Assembly (NCBI GenBank): GCA_036005805.1
Contig: DASYQE010000086.1
Location: forward strand, 14,014-78,013
From: Candidatus Polarisedimenticolia bacterium
GTDB lineage: Bacteria > Acidobacteriota > Polarisedimenticolia > Gp22-AA2
Direction of reading: 5' to 3'
DNA length: 64,000 nucleotides
Part shown: piece after piece, positions 39,470 through 49,633 of the stretch
How positions within the stretch are numbered: the stretch's first letter is position 1
Layout: each line of letters starts with the position of its first letter
Position numbers and translations under genes: made by a program
Notes under the pieces: generated by a model
Database searches by the model: none
The model's input: the letters and a program-made list of their open reading frames with translations, nothing else
What the model was told of the DNA's origin: nothing

Positions 39470-41440
39470 TCAGGATAGCGCGGCGCCGGAGACCAATCCC
39501 AGCCGGGGCACGGTGTCGATCCGGCGCGTCTTCTGCTGGCCCGGGCGGATCACCCGGTGCCAGTGGCACAGGACGTACAGCGCCCACAGGATGCGGCCGT
39601 GGTCGGCGCGCCGCGCCGAGTGCTCGGTCATCCAGCGCTCGACCGCGGGCGCGGCGATGCCGCCCGCCTCCTCCAGCGCCGGGCGGCTCACCACCTCGCG
39701 GAAATGCGCCGCCAGCGGGCCGGTCATCCAGTCGCCCACCGGCACCTCGAAGCCGCGCTTGGGCGCGTCGAGGATGCGGTCGGGGACGATCCCCCGCAGC
39801 GAGCGGCGCAGGAGACGCTTGCCGGACGAGGGGGAGAAGTGATCGGACGCCGGGCGCGACAGCGCCAGCTCGACGAGCGCCGGATCCAGGAAGGGGGCCC
39901 GCACCTCGAGCGCGTGGCGCATGCTGGTGCGATCGACCTTGGCGAGCATGTCGTCCGGCAGCGGCAGATCGACCTCGACCGCGAGCACGCCGTCGAGACC
40001 GCGCCCGAAGCGGCGGTGGCGTTCCTCGACGAGGGAGCGGCCGAGATCGCGGTCGGCCACACCCGGCCGCAGCGCGCGCCGCGCCTCGGCGGGCAGGATC
40101 GCCATCCAGGCGGCGTGCGTCGCCGCGAGATCCGAACCGAGCCCGGCGAGGAGCTTGCGCGCCCGGTGCACCGTGCCGCCGACGCCGCCGCCATGGCGCG
40201 CCGGGAGCGGGCGCAGGACCGCGGCGATCAACGCGCGCGCCGCCGGCGGCAGGCGCGCCACGTGCCGCGACGCGGCGAGGGCCCGGTAGAGCCTGTAGCC
40301 GCCGAAGAGCTCGTCGCCGCCGTCCCCCGAGAGCGCCACGGTCAGCCCGGTGCGCGCCACGCGGGCGATGGCCGAGCACGGCAGGGCGCTCGAATCGGCG
40401 AACGGCTCGCCGAAAGAGCCCAGGGCCGTCGGGATCTCGTCCCGCAGCCGCGCCACGTCGAGGACCACCTCGGTGTGATGCGTCGCCAGCTCTCCCGCCA
40501 GGCGCCGCGCCTCCGGTCCCTCGTCGAACCAGCCGCAGCCGGGGAGCGCGATCGAATAGGTCCGGGGCGACTCCGGCAGGAAGCGCGACATGAAGGTGAC
40601 GACCGCCGACGAGTCGATGCCCCCCGAGAGGTAGGCGCCCAGCGGCACGTCCGACTCCAGCCGTGCCTTCACGGCCGCGGCGAGGGTCTCGCGCACGGCT
40701 TCCTCCGGAGGGCTCGCGGGGGCCGACTGCAGGCGCTCCTCGAGGCGGTAGTAGCGCCGCAGCCGCGAGCCTCCCTCGGTGTCGGCGCTGAGGTACGCCG
40801 CGTGCGGCAGCTTGCGCACGCCCCGGTAAATGGTCCACGGCGCCGGGATCCATCCGAACGTCAGGTACAGCTCCACCGCCTCGGGGTCGATGTCCGTCTC
40901 CACGCCTCCGTGCGCCAGGAGCGCGTCGATCTCCGACGCGAACAGGAGCCGGCCGTCGCTTTCGGCGTAGAAGAGCGGCTTCTCGCCGAAGCGGTCGCGC
41001 GCCAGGACGATGCGGCGTTCGCGGTTGTCCCAGAAGGCCAGTGCGAACATGCCGTTGAAGCGGGACAGCGCCTCCTCCGGTCCCCAGTGGAGCAGGGCGT
41101 GCAGCACCACCTCGGTGTCGGATCGGGAGCGGAAGGTGCGCCCGGCGTCGAGCAGCTCGCGCCGCAGCGCCGCAGTGTTGTACAGCTCGCCGTTGTAGAC
41201 GAGGCAGCCGTTGTCCTGCGCATCGCGCATCGGTTGCGCCGCCGCCGAGGACAGGTCGATCACCTTGAGGCGCCGATGGCCGAGCGCCGCGGCGGCGCGG
41301 CCGAACCCGGCCCCCGCCCCGAGCAGGCGCACCGCCCCCTCGTCCGGGCCGCGATGGGAGAGCGCGTCGGTCATGGCGCGCACCGCGTCATGGCCGATCG
41401 GCTGTCCGTCGAGGCTTAAGGCGCCGGCGATGCCGCACAT
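39470..41440 (-). CDS. asnB: Asparagine synthase (glutamine-hydrolysing) family amidotransferase, of the AsnB/WbpS-like type common in polysaccharide loci.
   Basis: The start is moved to the internal ATG, giving MCGIAG... (the class-II GATase Cys2 nucleophile). Motifs SGGIDSS and the AsnB C-terminal domain are present. The listed upstream 311 codons are Arg-rich antisense and overlapping sequence. Confidence 0.88.
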   Translation of the reverse strand: MCGIAGALSLDGQPIGHDAVRAMTDALSHRGPDEGAVRLLGAGAGFGRAAAALGHRRLKVIDLSSAAAQPMRDAQDNGCLVYNGELYNTAALRRELLDAGRTFRSRSDTEVVLHALLHWGPEEALSRFNGMFALAFWDNRERRIVLARDRFGEKPLFYAESDGRLLFASEIDALLAHGGVETDIDPEAVELYLTFGWIPAPWTIYRGVRKLPHAAYLSADTEGGSRLRRYYRLEERLQSAPASPPEEAVRETLAAAVKARLESDVPLGAYLSGGIDSSAVVTFMSRFLPESPRTYSIALPGCGWFDEGPEARRLAGELATHHTEVVLDVARLRDEIPTALGSFGEPFADSSALPCSAIARVARTGLTVALSGDGGDELFGGYRLYRALAASRHVARLPPAARALIAAVLRPLPARHGGGVGGTVHRARKLLAGLGSDLAATHAAWMAILPAEARRALRPGVADRDLGRSLVEERHRRFGRGLDGVLAVEVDLPLPDDMLAKVDRTSMRHALEVRAPFLDPALVELALSRPASDHFSPSSGKRLLRRSLRGIVPDRILDAPKRGFEVPVGDWMTGPLAAHFREVVSRPALEEAGGIAAPAVERWMTEHSARRADHGRILWALYVLCHWHRVIRPGQQKTRRIDTVPRLGLVSGAALS

Positions 41441-42678
41441 CGCTCCGCCCTCCCTCCGACGACCGCCGCGGCCTCCGGCCGCTCCGGCGTCGTCTCCTCG
41501 TCCAAAGGTGAGTGCCACAGCGCCCGCACGGCCGCGGCGGTGCGCTTCCAGGCATGCTCCGCCGCGAAGCGGCGGCCGTACTCTCCCAGGCGGCGGCGCC
41601 GGTGGGGGTCGTCGAGCAGCGCCGTGATCGCCTCCGCCAGCGCCGCGGGATCCTCGGCCGGCAGGATGAGCCCGCTGCCGCCGTCGCGCACCGCTTCGGG
41701 GATGCCTCCGGTGCGGCCGCCGATCACCGGCAGGCCGTGGCTGCTGGCTTCGAGAAGCGCCAGGCCGAAGCCTTCGAGACCGTCGTAGCGTCCGGTGCTG
41801 CGGCTGAGCAGGACGAAGATCGTGCCGAGTCCGTAGTGCGCCGCGCGCTCGTGATCGGGGACGCGGCCGGCGAAAACCACGGCGTCGGCGACGCCGGCGC
41901 GCGCGGCCCTGGCCGCGAGGGCCTCGCGGTGCGGGCCGTCCCCGACGATGAGATAGCGCAGGCCGGGATGCCGGCGCAGCATGGCGGGCAGCGCCGCGAT
42001 CACCATGTCGTGCCCCTTGGCCTCGACCAGCCGCGCCACGGTCAGGAGGACCGGTCCGTCTCCGAGCCCGTAACGCTGCCGCAGCGACGCCACGTCGCTC
42101 GCGGACGAGGCTTTCGGCACGTCGACGCCCATCGGCAGGATGACGATGCGGCTCGCCGCCCCCGGGTAGTGGCGCGACAGGAGCCCGGAGGTGAACCGGC
42201 TGTTGACGATCACCGCGTCGGCTCCCGCCAGAACCCAGCGGATGAGTCCCGCCCAGACGGGACGGTCGTGGAAATCGAAGACATCGGCCCCGTGGACGAA
42301 GACGGCGTAGGGCAGGTGGAACGCGGAGGCGAGCAGCCGCATCGGCACGCCGAGCGACAGCACCTGGCCGCACAGGAGATAGCGCACCCGGTGTCGCAGC
42401 AGCAGGCGCGTGAGATGCGCCCCGGCCAGGAGACCGCGCGCCATGCGCCGGCCGGTCCCGCCGTGCGCCGGCACCCGCCCGCGCTCGACGCGGCAGAGCA
42501 GGGACGCGTCGATGTCCCGGTCGCCCGCGAGCCGCGGCGCCCAGACGACGACCTCTCCGGGCGGCAGGTGGCGCGCGAGGCCGTGGTAAAGCGTCGCCTC
42601 GCCCCCGATGATCGGCGGGAAGTCGAACGCCGCGAGCAGTGCTTTGCCCGTCCCGCGGCGGTGGTCGGGTGCGCTCAT
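41416..42678 (-). CDS. Glycosyltransferase family 4 (GT-B, EX7E motif).
   Basis: Internal start MSAPDHRRGTGKALLAAFDFPPIIGGEA.... The C-terminus carries a GT4 signature (EGFGLALLEASSHGLPVIGGRTGGIPE). It overlaps the asnB start by 25 nt. Confidence 0.8.
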   Translation of the reverse strand: MSAPDHRRGTGKALLAAFDFPPIIGGEATLYHGLARHLPPGEVVVWAPRLAGDRDIDASLLCRVERGRVPAHGGTGRRMARGLLAGAHLTRLLLRHRVRYLLCGQVLSLGVPMRLLASAFHLPYAVFVHGADVFDFHDRPVWAGLIRWVLAGADAVIVNSRFTSGLLSRHYPGAASRIVILPMGVDVPKASSASDVASLRQRYGLGDGPVLLTVARLVEAKGHDMVIAALPAMLRRHPGLRYLIVGDGPHREALAARAARAGVADAVVFAGRVPDHERAAHYGLGTIFVLLSRSTGRYDGLEGFGLALLEASSHGLPVIGGRTGGIPEAVRDGGSGLILPAEDPAALAEAITALLDDPHRRRRLGEYGRRFAAEHAWKRTAAAVRALWHSPLDEETTPERPEAAAVVGGRAERCAASPAP

Positions 42679-43805
42679 CCGCGCTCCTCGCCGAGCGCGG
42701 CCGCGGGCGGCGCCAGCGGAGCGTGCCGGCGGCGGGCCGCCCCGACGAGGATCTCGACCACGAGCAGCACCAGCACCGCGTGGAGGATCAGGATGACCGC
42801 GAGGCCGCTGCCGGCGTGCCTCAGCCCCAGCGCCGACAGCCCGACCCCCAGCGCCAGCGTCAGGATGAGGGCGAGCGCCCGGCGCGAACCACCCAGCACC
42901 TCGGCGAAGCGGTGGTGGATGTGATCGCGGCCGGTGTAGTCGATCCACTGGCGGAAGGTGCGCACCCGCCCCGAGACGATGCGCGCGAGCGTCGTCTGCA
43001 CCATGTCGTAGATGAGGACGCTGAAGATGAGGATCGGCGTGGCCAGGGCCGCCAGCGGATCCTTCTCGGCCCAGTCCTCCTTGATCGCCAGGGCCGCGAG
43101 CAGGAAGCCGACGCTGGCGCTGCCCGAGTCGCCCAGGAAGATCGACGCCGGGCGACCGTGCGGGCGCAGGTTGTGCGGCAGGAAGCCGAGGAGCGCCCCG
43201 GCGAGTGCGGCCGCCGCCGGCAGCAGCACCACCTGGCCGCCGGCCGCGGCGGAGATCCCGAGGAGGACGGCGATGAGGGCGCCGAGCCCCGCGGCGAGCC
43301 CGTCGATGCCGTCGATGAAGTTGTAGGCGTTGGTGAGCCCGACGATCCACAGGAGGGTCAGGATCGCGTCGATGGCCGTCCCGGCCGCGCCCGGCACCAG
43401 GTGCAGCCGCACCCCGGCCGCCATGACGAAGAGGCCGCAGCCGATCTGGAGCACCAGCCGCAGGCGCGCCGACAGCCCGCGCGTGTCGTCGATCGCGCCG
43501 GCGGTCATCAGCGCGAGGGCGGCGAGCGCGATGGCGAGCAGCTCGCGATCGTCGAGCGCCCGGCGGCCGAGCACGAGCAGGAAGGCGGTGACCACGGCGA
43601 CGCCGCCGAGACGCGGGGTCGGGATGAGATGCGGCTTGCGCGCCTCCGGGTGGTCGAGCGCGCCGGCGCCGATGGCCATGAGCCGCGCTCCTGGCGTCAG
43701 GCCGTAGGCGGCGAGAAAGGCGGCGGCGGCGATCTCCGCCGGGCCGGCGGCGGGAGGGCGAAGCAGGAACCAGACGGCCGCGGTCAGGAGCGCGACGACA
43801 GGCAC
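42675..43805 (-). CDS. wecA: Polyprenyl-phosphate N-acetylhexosamine-1-phosphate transferase (MraY/WecA family, glycosyltransferase family 4), the initiating enzyme.
   Basis: About 10 TM helices. The motifs NAYNFIDGIDGLA and FLGDSGS are typical of WecA/TagO/WbpL. Confidence 0.85.
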   Translation of the reverse strand: MPVVALLTAAVWFLLRPPAAGPAEIAAAAFLAAYGLTPGARLMAIGAGALDHPEARKPHLIPTPRLGGVAVVTAFLLVLGRRALDDRELLAIALAALALMTAGAIDDTRGLSARLRLVLQIGCGLFVMAAGVRLHLVPGAAGTAIDAILTLLWIVGLTNAYNFIDGIDGLAAGLGALIAVLLGISAAAGGQVVLLPAAAALAGALLGFLPHNLRPHGRPASIFLGDSGSASVGFLLAALAIKEDWAEKDPLAALATPILIFSVLIYDMVQTTLARIVSGRVRTFRQWIDYTGRDHIHHRFAEVLGGSRRALALILTLALGVGLSALGLRHAGSGLAVILILHAVLVLLVVEILVGAARRRHAPLAPPAAALGEERG

Positions 43806-44920
43806 GCCGTCACCTCGCCGATCACGCGATCCACCTCCGCGCTGCTGAAGGCCGCCGAGAGCGGCAGCGAGACCCAGCGGCCCTGCGCCTCGTCGGCTCC
43901 GGGACAGGGAGCGCTGCCGCCGACCAGGCGGTGCAGCGGCCGGTGCACGGGGAGGCGGGCCTGGATCCCCGCCTTGCGCAGGCGATCGATCAGTTCGCCG
44001 GCGCGCCCCGGCAGGCCGAGCAGGTAGCGATGGAAGACCGGCTGGGCGGTCGGGTGCAGCCGCGGCCGCGAGCCGAGGCCCTGGAAAGCCTCTTCGTAGC
44101 GCTCCACGATGGCGCGGCGGCGGGTCACGACGACGGCGAGCCGGCCGACCTGCACGGCCGCGACCGCGGCGTGCAGGTCGCCCATCAGGCCGTTGAGACG
44201 CAGCACGGCGTCATCCTTCTCGTCGTGGCCGGCGAGATCGCGCGCGGTGCGCACGATCGACGGATCGCCGCTGGCGAGCCCGCCTCCCGGGCCCCCGCAC
44301 GTCAGGAGCTTCGTGGGGCCGAAGGAGAACACCGACGCGTCTCCCGCGCTGCCGACCGGCCGCCCCTGCAGGCGGGCGCCGGGGGACTGGGCGCAGTCCT
44401 CGATGACGGCCCGCCCCGCCGCGCGGTACGGCTCGACCGGAATCGGAAGACCAAACGGGTGCACCAGCACGACGGCGCGGGCCGCGGCCGCGGGTCCTTT
44501 CCGCAGGCTGTCGGGGTCCAGCGCCAGCGTGTCGGGATCGACGTCGCAGACGATGGGTCGTCCCCCCGCTCCCGCCACGGCGTGCAGGAGCGCGGCGCAG
44601 GTCCAGGAAGGGACGACGACGCCGTCCCCGTCGCGCACCCCGAGGGCGCGCAGCGCCAGCGTCAGCGCGGTCGTCCCGGAGTTGAGCGCCACGGCATCGG
44701 CCGCGCCGGCCAGGCGGCTCAGGAGTCCCTCGAACCGCGCCGCCTCGGCTCCGGGAGCGAGGCGGGCCGATCGGAGGACGCGCAGGGCCGCCGCCTCCTC
44801 GTCCACCCCGAGGAACGGGCGGGCATGCGGCACCACGAGCGCGGGCCGTCTCAGGGCCGGCCAGGGCTCCGCGGCGGCGGGCCGCTCGGCGCTCTTGGGA
44901 CGCAGGGCGGGGGATTTCAC
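43784..44920 (-). CDS. DegT/DnrJ/EryC1/StrS-family PLP-dependent sugar aminotransferase.
   Basis: Fold and motifs (SGTTALTLAL, FSFGPTKLLTCGG, in which K is the PLP lysine). Confidence 0.83.
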   Translation of the reverse strand: MKSPALRPKSAERPAAAEPWPALRRPALVVPHARPFLGVDEEAAALRVLRSARLAPGAEAARFEGLLSRLAGAADAVALNSGTTALTLALRALGVRDGDGVVVPSWTCAALLHAVAGAGGRPIVCDVDPDTLALDPDSLRKGPAAAARAVVLVHPFGLPIPVEPYRAAGRAVIEDCAQSPGARLQGRPVGSAGDASVFSFGPTKLLTCGGPGGGLASGDPSIVRTARDLAGHDEKDDAVLRLNGLMGDLHAAVAAVQVGRLAVVVTRRRAIVERYEEAFQGLGSRPRLHPTAQPVFHRYLLGLPGRAGELIDRLRKAGIQARLPVHRPLHRLVGGSAPCPGADEAQGRWVSLPLSAAFSSAEVDRVIGEVTACLSSRS

Positions 44921-45576
44921 GCCGCCTCCTCCTCGGGCTCCGAGCGCGTCTCCGGGTGGCCGGTGACGTTGATGAACAGGCGCAGCGGCGCGAACCCCTC
45001 GGCCCAGCGGACCCGTCCCTGCACGCCGCGGAAGTGCGCCGAGGCCTGGGCGATCTCGCTGATCGGCGTCCCCTCGATGCGGGTCTTGCCGATCTGGCTC
45101 TGGTGGCGGTGCAGCGCCTCGATCTTGCGATCCATCTCGCCGCCGATGTCGATGAAGACGGTCGGGGTGAAGTTGACCGTCGTCGGCCCCTCGTAGAACA
45201 GCACGTTGCGCGCCCAGCGGGTGGCGGAGATGGCGGCGCGCGCCACCAGGCGGTGATCCTGGTGCGTGTCCTCGGGGTAGTTGACGAAGATGAAGTCGGG
45301 GCGGGACTTTTTCAGGATGGACTCCATCCGGTCGATCAGGTGCCGCACGGAGGGGAGGAGCGTGTCGCGGTAGCCGCCCCAGTGGACGTGCTTCGCCCCG
45401 AGCACCTGCGCCGCGTCGTTCTGCTCGCGGCGGCGCACCTTGGGGGAGCCGCCGCGCGCCCCGTCGGTCATGACCAGAAGCTCGATGTGCGCGTTCTTGC
45501 GGCCGTACTTGATGAGCGTCCCGCCGCAGCCGAACTCGATGTCGTCCGGGTGCGCCCCGATCGCCAGGATGCTCAT
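44917..45576 (-). CDS. PIG-L/LmbE-family N-acetylglucosaminyl deacetylase.
   Basis: Internal start MSILAIGAHPDDIEFGCGGTL (the LmbE signature), preceded by the RBS ggcggagg. The listed upstream 186 codons are spurious. Confidence 0.85.
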   Translation of the reverse strand: MSILAIGAHPDDIEFGCGGTLIKYGRKNAHIELLVMTDGARGGSPKVRRREQNDAAQVLGAKHVHWGGYRDTLLPSVRHLIDRMESILKKSRPDFIFVNYPEDTHQDHRLVARAAISATRWARNVLFYEGPTTVNFTPTVFIDIGGEMDRKIEALHRHQSQIGKTRIEGTPISEIAQASAHFRGVQGRVRWAEGFAPLRLFINVTGHPETRSEPEEEAA

Positions 45577-45593
45577 GCGGCCTCCGCCCGGGT

Positions 45594-46349
45594 TCACGCG
45601 GCCTCCCGCAGCGGGGCGGCGGCGCGCAGGATCGGCCCCGGCCCGCAGTGGACGAGGTAGTCGACCGCCGACAGGTTCGCCTCGAACCCGGGATGGCACT
45701 GCGCGTACACCGGTCCGTGGAAGTCCTGGAACGTGACGGTGATGCCGGCGCGCTGCCAGGCGGCGAGGTCCATGTAGTCGCGTCCGCCGGCGCCGGCGAG
45801 GTACTGGTCGGCGCCGAAGCGGCGGCACAGCGCGATGAGGCGCGCGTCCGGCCCGTCGGGAATGCCCGCGAGCGTCGACGCGAGGATGGTCTCGGTGCGC
45901 ACCTCGAAGAGGTCGGCGAGGAGCCGGATGCCCTCGATGTTCAGCTCGGCGAGACGCCGGAGCGGCCGCTGCAGCAGACGCTCCAGGGCCGGCAGGATGG
46001 TCTCCCTGTGCGGAGCCCGGGCGTACGCCTGGCGCAGCGTGGCGAGGTGCTTGCGGCGCCACGGGGCCGTCTCGTCGGCCTCCACCTCGTGGAAGCGGGC
46101 GGGGAAACGGGCGTGCACCGGGACGGTGAGCCACTGCCAGCCGGAGGCCCTGCGGATGCGATTACGATTCTGCCATTCGTTCTTCTTGTACTGCACCGTG
46201 TCGAGCAGCACGAACCGGTCGGCGCGGGCCATTTTGTCGAAATAGCCGAGCCACGGCAGGTACTGGGGCTGGTGCGCCGCGAGAATCAAACGTCCCTCCG
46301 CACGGGAAGACCCACCTCGCAACATAGGGATCGGATCACGCGCCCGCAA
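45594..46349 (-). CDS. WbqC-like family protein (polysaccharide biosynthesis; function unknown). The start is uncertain and may be the internal ATG near 46325.
   Basis: The motif LILAAHQPQYLPWLGYFDK is typical of the WbqC family. Confidence 0.72.
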   Translation of the reverse strand: MRARDPIPMLRGGSSRAEGRLILAAHQPQYLPWLGYFDKMARADRFVLLDTVQYKKNEWQNRNRIRRASGWQWLTVPVHARFPARFHEVEADETAPWRRKHLATLRQAYARAPHRETILPALERLLQRPLRRLAELNIEGIRLLADLFEVRTETILASTLAGIPDGPDARLIALCRRFGADQYLAGAGGRDYMDLAAWQRAGITVTFQDFHGPVYAQCHPGFEANLSAVDYLVHCGPGPILRAAAPLREAA

Positions 46350-46422
46350 CGTTGACCTCGCCGCCGTAGAGCCTCATGGGCGCCGCCGGCCGAACCGAAG
46401 CGATCGCAGGCTCCGTCCGTGC

Positions 46423-47568
46423 TCATGCGGCGATTTCCCGGTAGAGATTCAGCACGCGGTGCACCATCCTCCCTGCGCCGTATTCGACGGCGCGGGCCCG
46501 GCCGCGCCGGCCCAGCTCGCTCCTCGAGGCCTGGTCGTCGGCCAGGCGGGCGAGGGCTGCGGCGAGAGCCAGCTCGTCGTCGGGAGGGACGAGGACGCCG
46601 GACGCGCCTTCCTGCAGCACCTCGGGGAGGCCGCCGACGCTCGTGGCGATGACCGGGACGCCGAGGGCGAGGGCTTCGACGACGGCGCGGCCCATGCCTT
46701 CGTTGCGCGGCGCGAGGACGAAGAGGTCGGCGGCGGGAAGGAGATCGTGCGGAGAGCCCCACCGACCGTCGAGACGGACGCGGGAGCCTATGCCCAGCGC
46801 CGCCGCTTCGGCGCGCAGCGCCTCGAGCAGCGGTCCGTCCCCGGCCAGGTGCAGGCGCAGCGCCGGGCGGTCGGTGGCGGCGCGCGCGAAGGCGCGCAGC
46901 GTCAGCGGGGCGCCCTTGATCGGCTCGAGGCGGGCGAGCGACATCACCACCAGGTCGCCCGGGGCGTACCCGAGACGCCGGCGGGCGGCGTCGCGCCCAC
47001 GCGCCGCGTCGCGCAGCGGGCGCATCTCGACGCCGGAAGGGATGACGCGGAACTGCTGCTCGCGGCCGACGCCGCGGGCCAGGTGCTCGCGCGCCCCGCG
47101 CGCCGTGAGGGCGAGCTGGCGCGCCGCGAGCGGCGCCAGCAGACGTTCCGCGAAGAGCACCAGCGCATCCCCGAGGCGTCCGTAGTAGCCGTAGAACAGG
47201 TGCCCGTGCGGCTGGTGCACGACGCGGCGGCGCTGCCCGAGAAGCGCGGCCGCGAGCCGGCCGAGCGCTCCGGCTTTCGAGGTGTGCAGGTGGATGACGT
47301 CGTACCGGCGACGGTGCAGGAGCGCCAGGATGTCGAAGAAGGCTCGCAGATCGGCCCCGGGACGGACGGGACGCCCCAGCGTCGGCAGCGTCATGAAGTC
47401 GATTCCCGGTTCTCGCCGGGCCCTCGCGAGAAGCGGCGCTTCGGCGCTCGACGGTCCGCACGCGAGGGTCACGTGATGTCCGCGGCGGGCCGCGCCGATC
47501 GCCTGCCAGAGCGTGCAGTCGGAGGATCCGCCGCGCTCCAGCCGCGTGATCACGTGCAGGACGGCCAT
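46423..47568 (-). CDS. Glycosyltransferase family 4.
   Basis: Internal start MAVLHVITRLERGG. The GT4 C-terminal motif is EGMGRAVVEALALGVPVIATSVGGLPE. The listed upstream 380 codons are spurious. Confidence 0.8.
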   Translation of the reverse strand: MAVLHVITRLERGGSSDCTLWQAIGAARRGHHVTLACGPSSAEAPLLARARREPGIDFMTLPTLGRPVRPGADLRAFFDILALLHRRRYDVIHLHTSKAGALGRLAAALLGQRRRVVHQPHGHLFYGYYGRLGDALVLFAERLLAPLAARQLALTARGAREHLARGVGREQQFRVIPSGVEMRPLRDAARGRDAARRRLGYAPGDLVVMSLARLEPIKGAPLTLRAFARAATDRPALRLHLAGDGPLLEALRAEAAALGIGSRVRLDGRWGSPHDLLPAADLFVLAPRNEGMGRAVVEALALGVPVIATSVGGLPEVLQEGASGVLVPPDDELALAAALARLADDQASRSELGRRGRARAVEYGAGRMVHRVLNLYREIAA

Positions 47569-47621
47569 CGGCCGCCTGGGTTCCGCCGCGCGGAAGCCGG
47601 GTCCGGTCATCGCCAGGCCGT

Positions 47622-48773
47622 TCACGCGGCCTGTTCGAGTGTCGTCTGCAGCAGGGCCTGCGCGCGCGCCGCGACCGCGTCCGCGGGGATGCCGGCGAGG
47701 CAGGTCTGATGCCAGCAGCGCCCCCGGTTGCACGGCGAGCAGGGCAGGTCGAGACGCAGGACGAGATCCTCCGGCCGCCGCGGCGCGAAGCGGCGCGGAT
47801 CGGTCGGACCCGAGAGGGACAGCGTCGGCACCCCCAGCGCCGCCGCGATGTGCAGCGGCCCCGAGTTGTTGCCGAGGAAGAGGTCGGCGACGGCGATCAC
47901 GCCCATCAACCCGCGCACGTCGAGCGGGCCGGTGAGGAGCGCGTCGGGGGTGGCGGCGCCGATCGCCTCGGCGAGGGCCTCCTCGCCGGGGCCGGCGACG
48001 ACGAGGCATGCGGCGCCGATGCGCTCGGTGAGCCGGGCAATCACCTCGGCGAAGCGCTCCGCGGCCCAGCGCTGCGACTCGTAGTGCGCCCCGGGATGGA
48101 CGACGACGCGCGGGGCGGCCGCGCCGAGCGCGGCGATCCGCGCCTGGGCCGCCGCCTGCTCCGCCGCCTGCAGGTAGAGCCGCGGCTCCGAGACCGGCGC
48201 GGGCACCCCGAGGGCGAAAAGGAGGTCGCGGTTCAGATCGACGATGTGCCGATCCCTTCGCGCCGGGGCCGTCGGCAGGGTGAAGAACGCCTGGCGGCCG
48301 GCGGCCGCGAAACCCGCGCGCCAGGGCGCCTTCGTCGCCGCCGCGAGGCGCGCCCCGAGCAGCCGCTCGTCCGGCGTCAGGTCGATCGCCAGGTCCACCT
48401 TGCCGATGAGCTCGTGGGGCAGCGCACCGCCCCGCAGCGGCACGAGCGCGTCCACGGCCGGGTGGCCGTGCAGGACTTGCAGCGGCCCCTCGGGGGCGAG
48501 CACCGTGAGCCGCGCGTGCCGGAAGTGTCCCTTGAGATCGGCCAGCGCGCCGGTGCTGAGCACCATGTCGCCGATCCGATCGGTGCGCAGCACCAGCAGG
48601 CGGTGCACCAGCGTCGTGGCCGGCGGCGTCACGCGCCGGCGCAGGAGAGCCGCCGCGAGCAGGAAGGGGGCGCGCGCCGCGAGCACGGTGCCGCGCGCCG
48701 CCGCCCACAGGCGATCGGCGATGAACGAATCGGGGGGCGGCGTGACGGTCGGCAGCTCCAGGAGCGGGTTCAT
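47622..48773 (-). CDS. Glycosyltransferase family 9 (ADP-heptose:LPS heptosyltransferase-like).
   Basis: Internal start MNPLLELP.... The motifs LLVLRTDRIGDMVLST and GNNSGPLHIAAALGVPTLSLSGPTDP are typical of GT9. Confidence 0.8.
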   Translation of the reverse strand: MNPLLELPTVTPPPDSFIADRLWAAARGTVLAARAPFLLAAALLRRRVTPPATTLVHRLLVLRTDRIGDMVLSTGALADLKGHFRHARLTVLAPEGPLQVLHGHPAVDALVPLRGGALPHELIGKVDLAIDLTPDERLLGARLAAATKAPWRAGFAAAGRQAFFTLPTAPARRDRHIVDLNRDLLFALGVPAPVSEPRLYLQAAEQAAAQARIAALGAAAPRVVVHPGAHYESQRWAAERFAEVIARLTERIGAACLVVAGPGEEALAEAIGAATPDALLTGPLDVRGLMGVIAVADLFLGNNSGPLHIAAALGVPTLSLSGPTDPRRFAPRRPEDLVLRLDLPCSPCNRGRCWHQTCLAGIPADAVAARAQALLQTTLEQAA

Positions 48774-49633
48774 GCGGGCCTCCGGGCGAAGGCGGCGATG
48801 GCGTCGGTCAGAAGCGTGCCGCCGAGAGAAGACAGGATGGCGGCCGCGGCATCGATCAGCCGCTTGGCCGGGGTCAGGGCGCAGCGGTCGGGTTCGACCG
48901 CGAGGATCTCGAAACCGGCGCGGGCCAGGATGGCGCGCAGCGTCGCCGGAGTGAAATGGCTGACGTGCGGCTCCCGCGCTCCCGGCTCCCACAGCGGGAG
49001 CGGGCGTCCGCGCGCCACCCGGTAGGCGGCGCGCATCGGCAGGTTGTCGGTGTTCGGCACCGCCACGACCAGCGTCCCGCCGGGACGCAGGCGACGGCGA
49101 GCCGCCTCCAGCATCGGGCGCGGCTCGGGCAGGTGCTCGAGGACGTGCCAGAGGGTCACGACGTCGTACGGCCCGGGAAGGAGCGCGCGCGTCGCCAGGT
49201 CACCGACGGCGATCGGGCGCCGCAGGCGGGCCGCGGCGCGGCGCGCGCCCTCGGGAGAGAACTCGATCCCGTCGCCCCGCCATCCCTGCTGCTGGGCCGT
49301 TTCGAGGAACAGGCCGTCGCCGCAGCCGACGTCGAGCAGCGTGCCGCGCGCCCCGCGGCGCGAGAGCGCCTCGAGGCGCCGGCGCCACATCCGGCGGCGG
49401 GCCTGCTCTTCGCGTCCCTGCCAGGGAGCGTAGTAGTCGGATCCATAGGCCCCCGTCTCGTAGGCTTCGGCCGGGACCGGGTCGAGGAAGACGAGCCCGC
49501 ACCCGCGGCACCGCAGGGCGCGCGGATCTCCCACGGCCGTGTGCGCCGTGCTGCGTGGCACGGCCGGGTCGCGCCGGGCGCACAGGGGGCAGGGGCGGGC
49601 CGGAACCAGGAGCTGCGCGTCGAGCCGGGTCAT
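48770..49633 (-). CDS. Class I SAM-dependent methyltransferase with an N-terminal CxxC...CxxC zinc-ribbon-like segment.
   Basis: Internal start MTRLDAQLL... The SAM motif is LLDVGCGDGLF. A 4-nt overlap with the GT9 start. The position was fixed by codon count, because my text reading was 1 nt off. Confidence 0.78.
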   Translation of the reverse strand: MTRLDAQLLVPARPCPLCARRDPAVPRSTAHTAVGDPRALRCRGCGLVFLDPVPAEAYETGAYGSDYYAPWQGREEQARRRMWRRRLEALSRRGARGTLLDVGCGDGLFLETAQQQGWRGDGIEFSPEGARRAAARLRRPIAVGDLATRALLPGPYDVVTLWHVLEHLPEPRPMLEAARRRLRPGGTLVVAVPNTDNLPMRAAYRVARGRPLPLWEPGAREPHVSHFTPATLRAILARAGFEILAVEPDRCALTPAKRLIDAAAAILSSLGGTLLTDAIAAFARRPA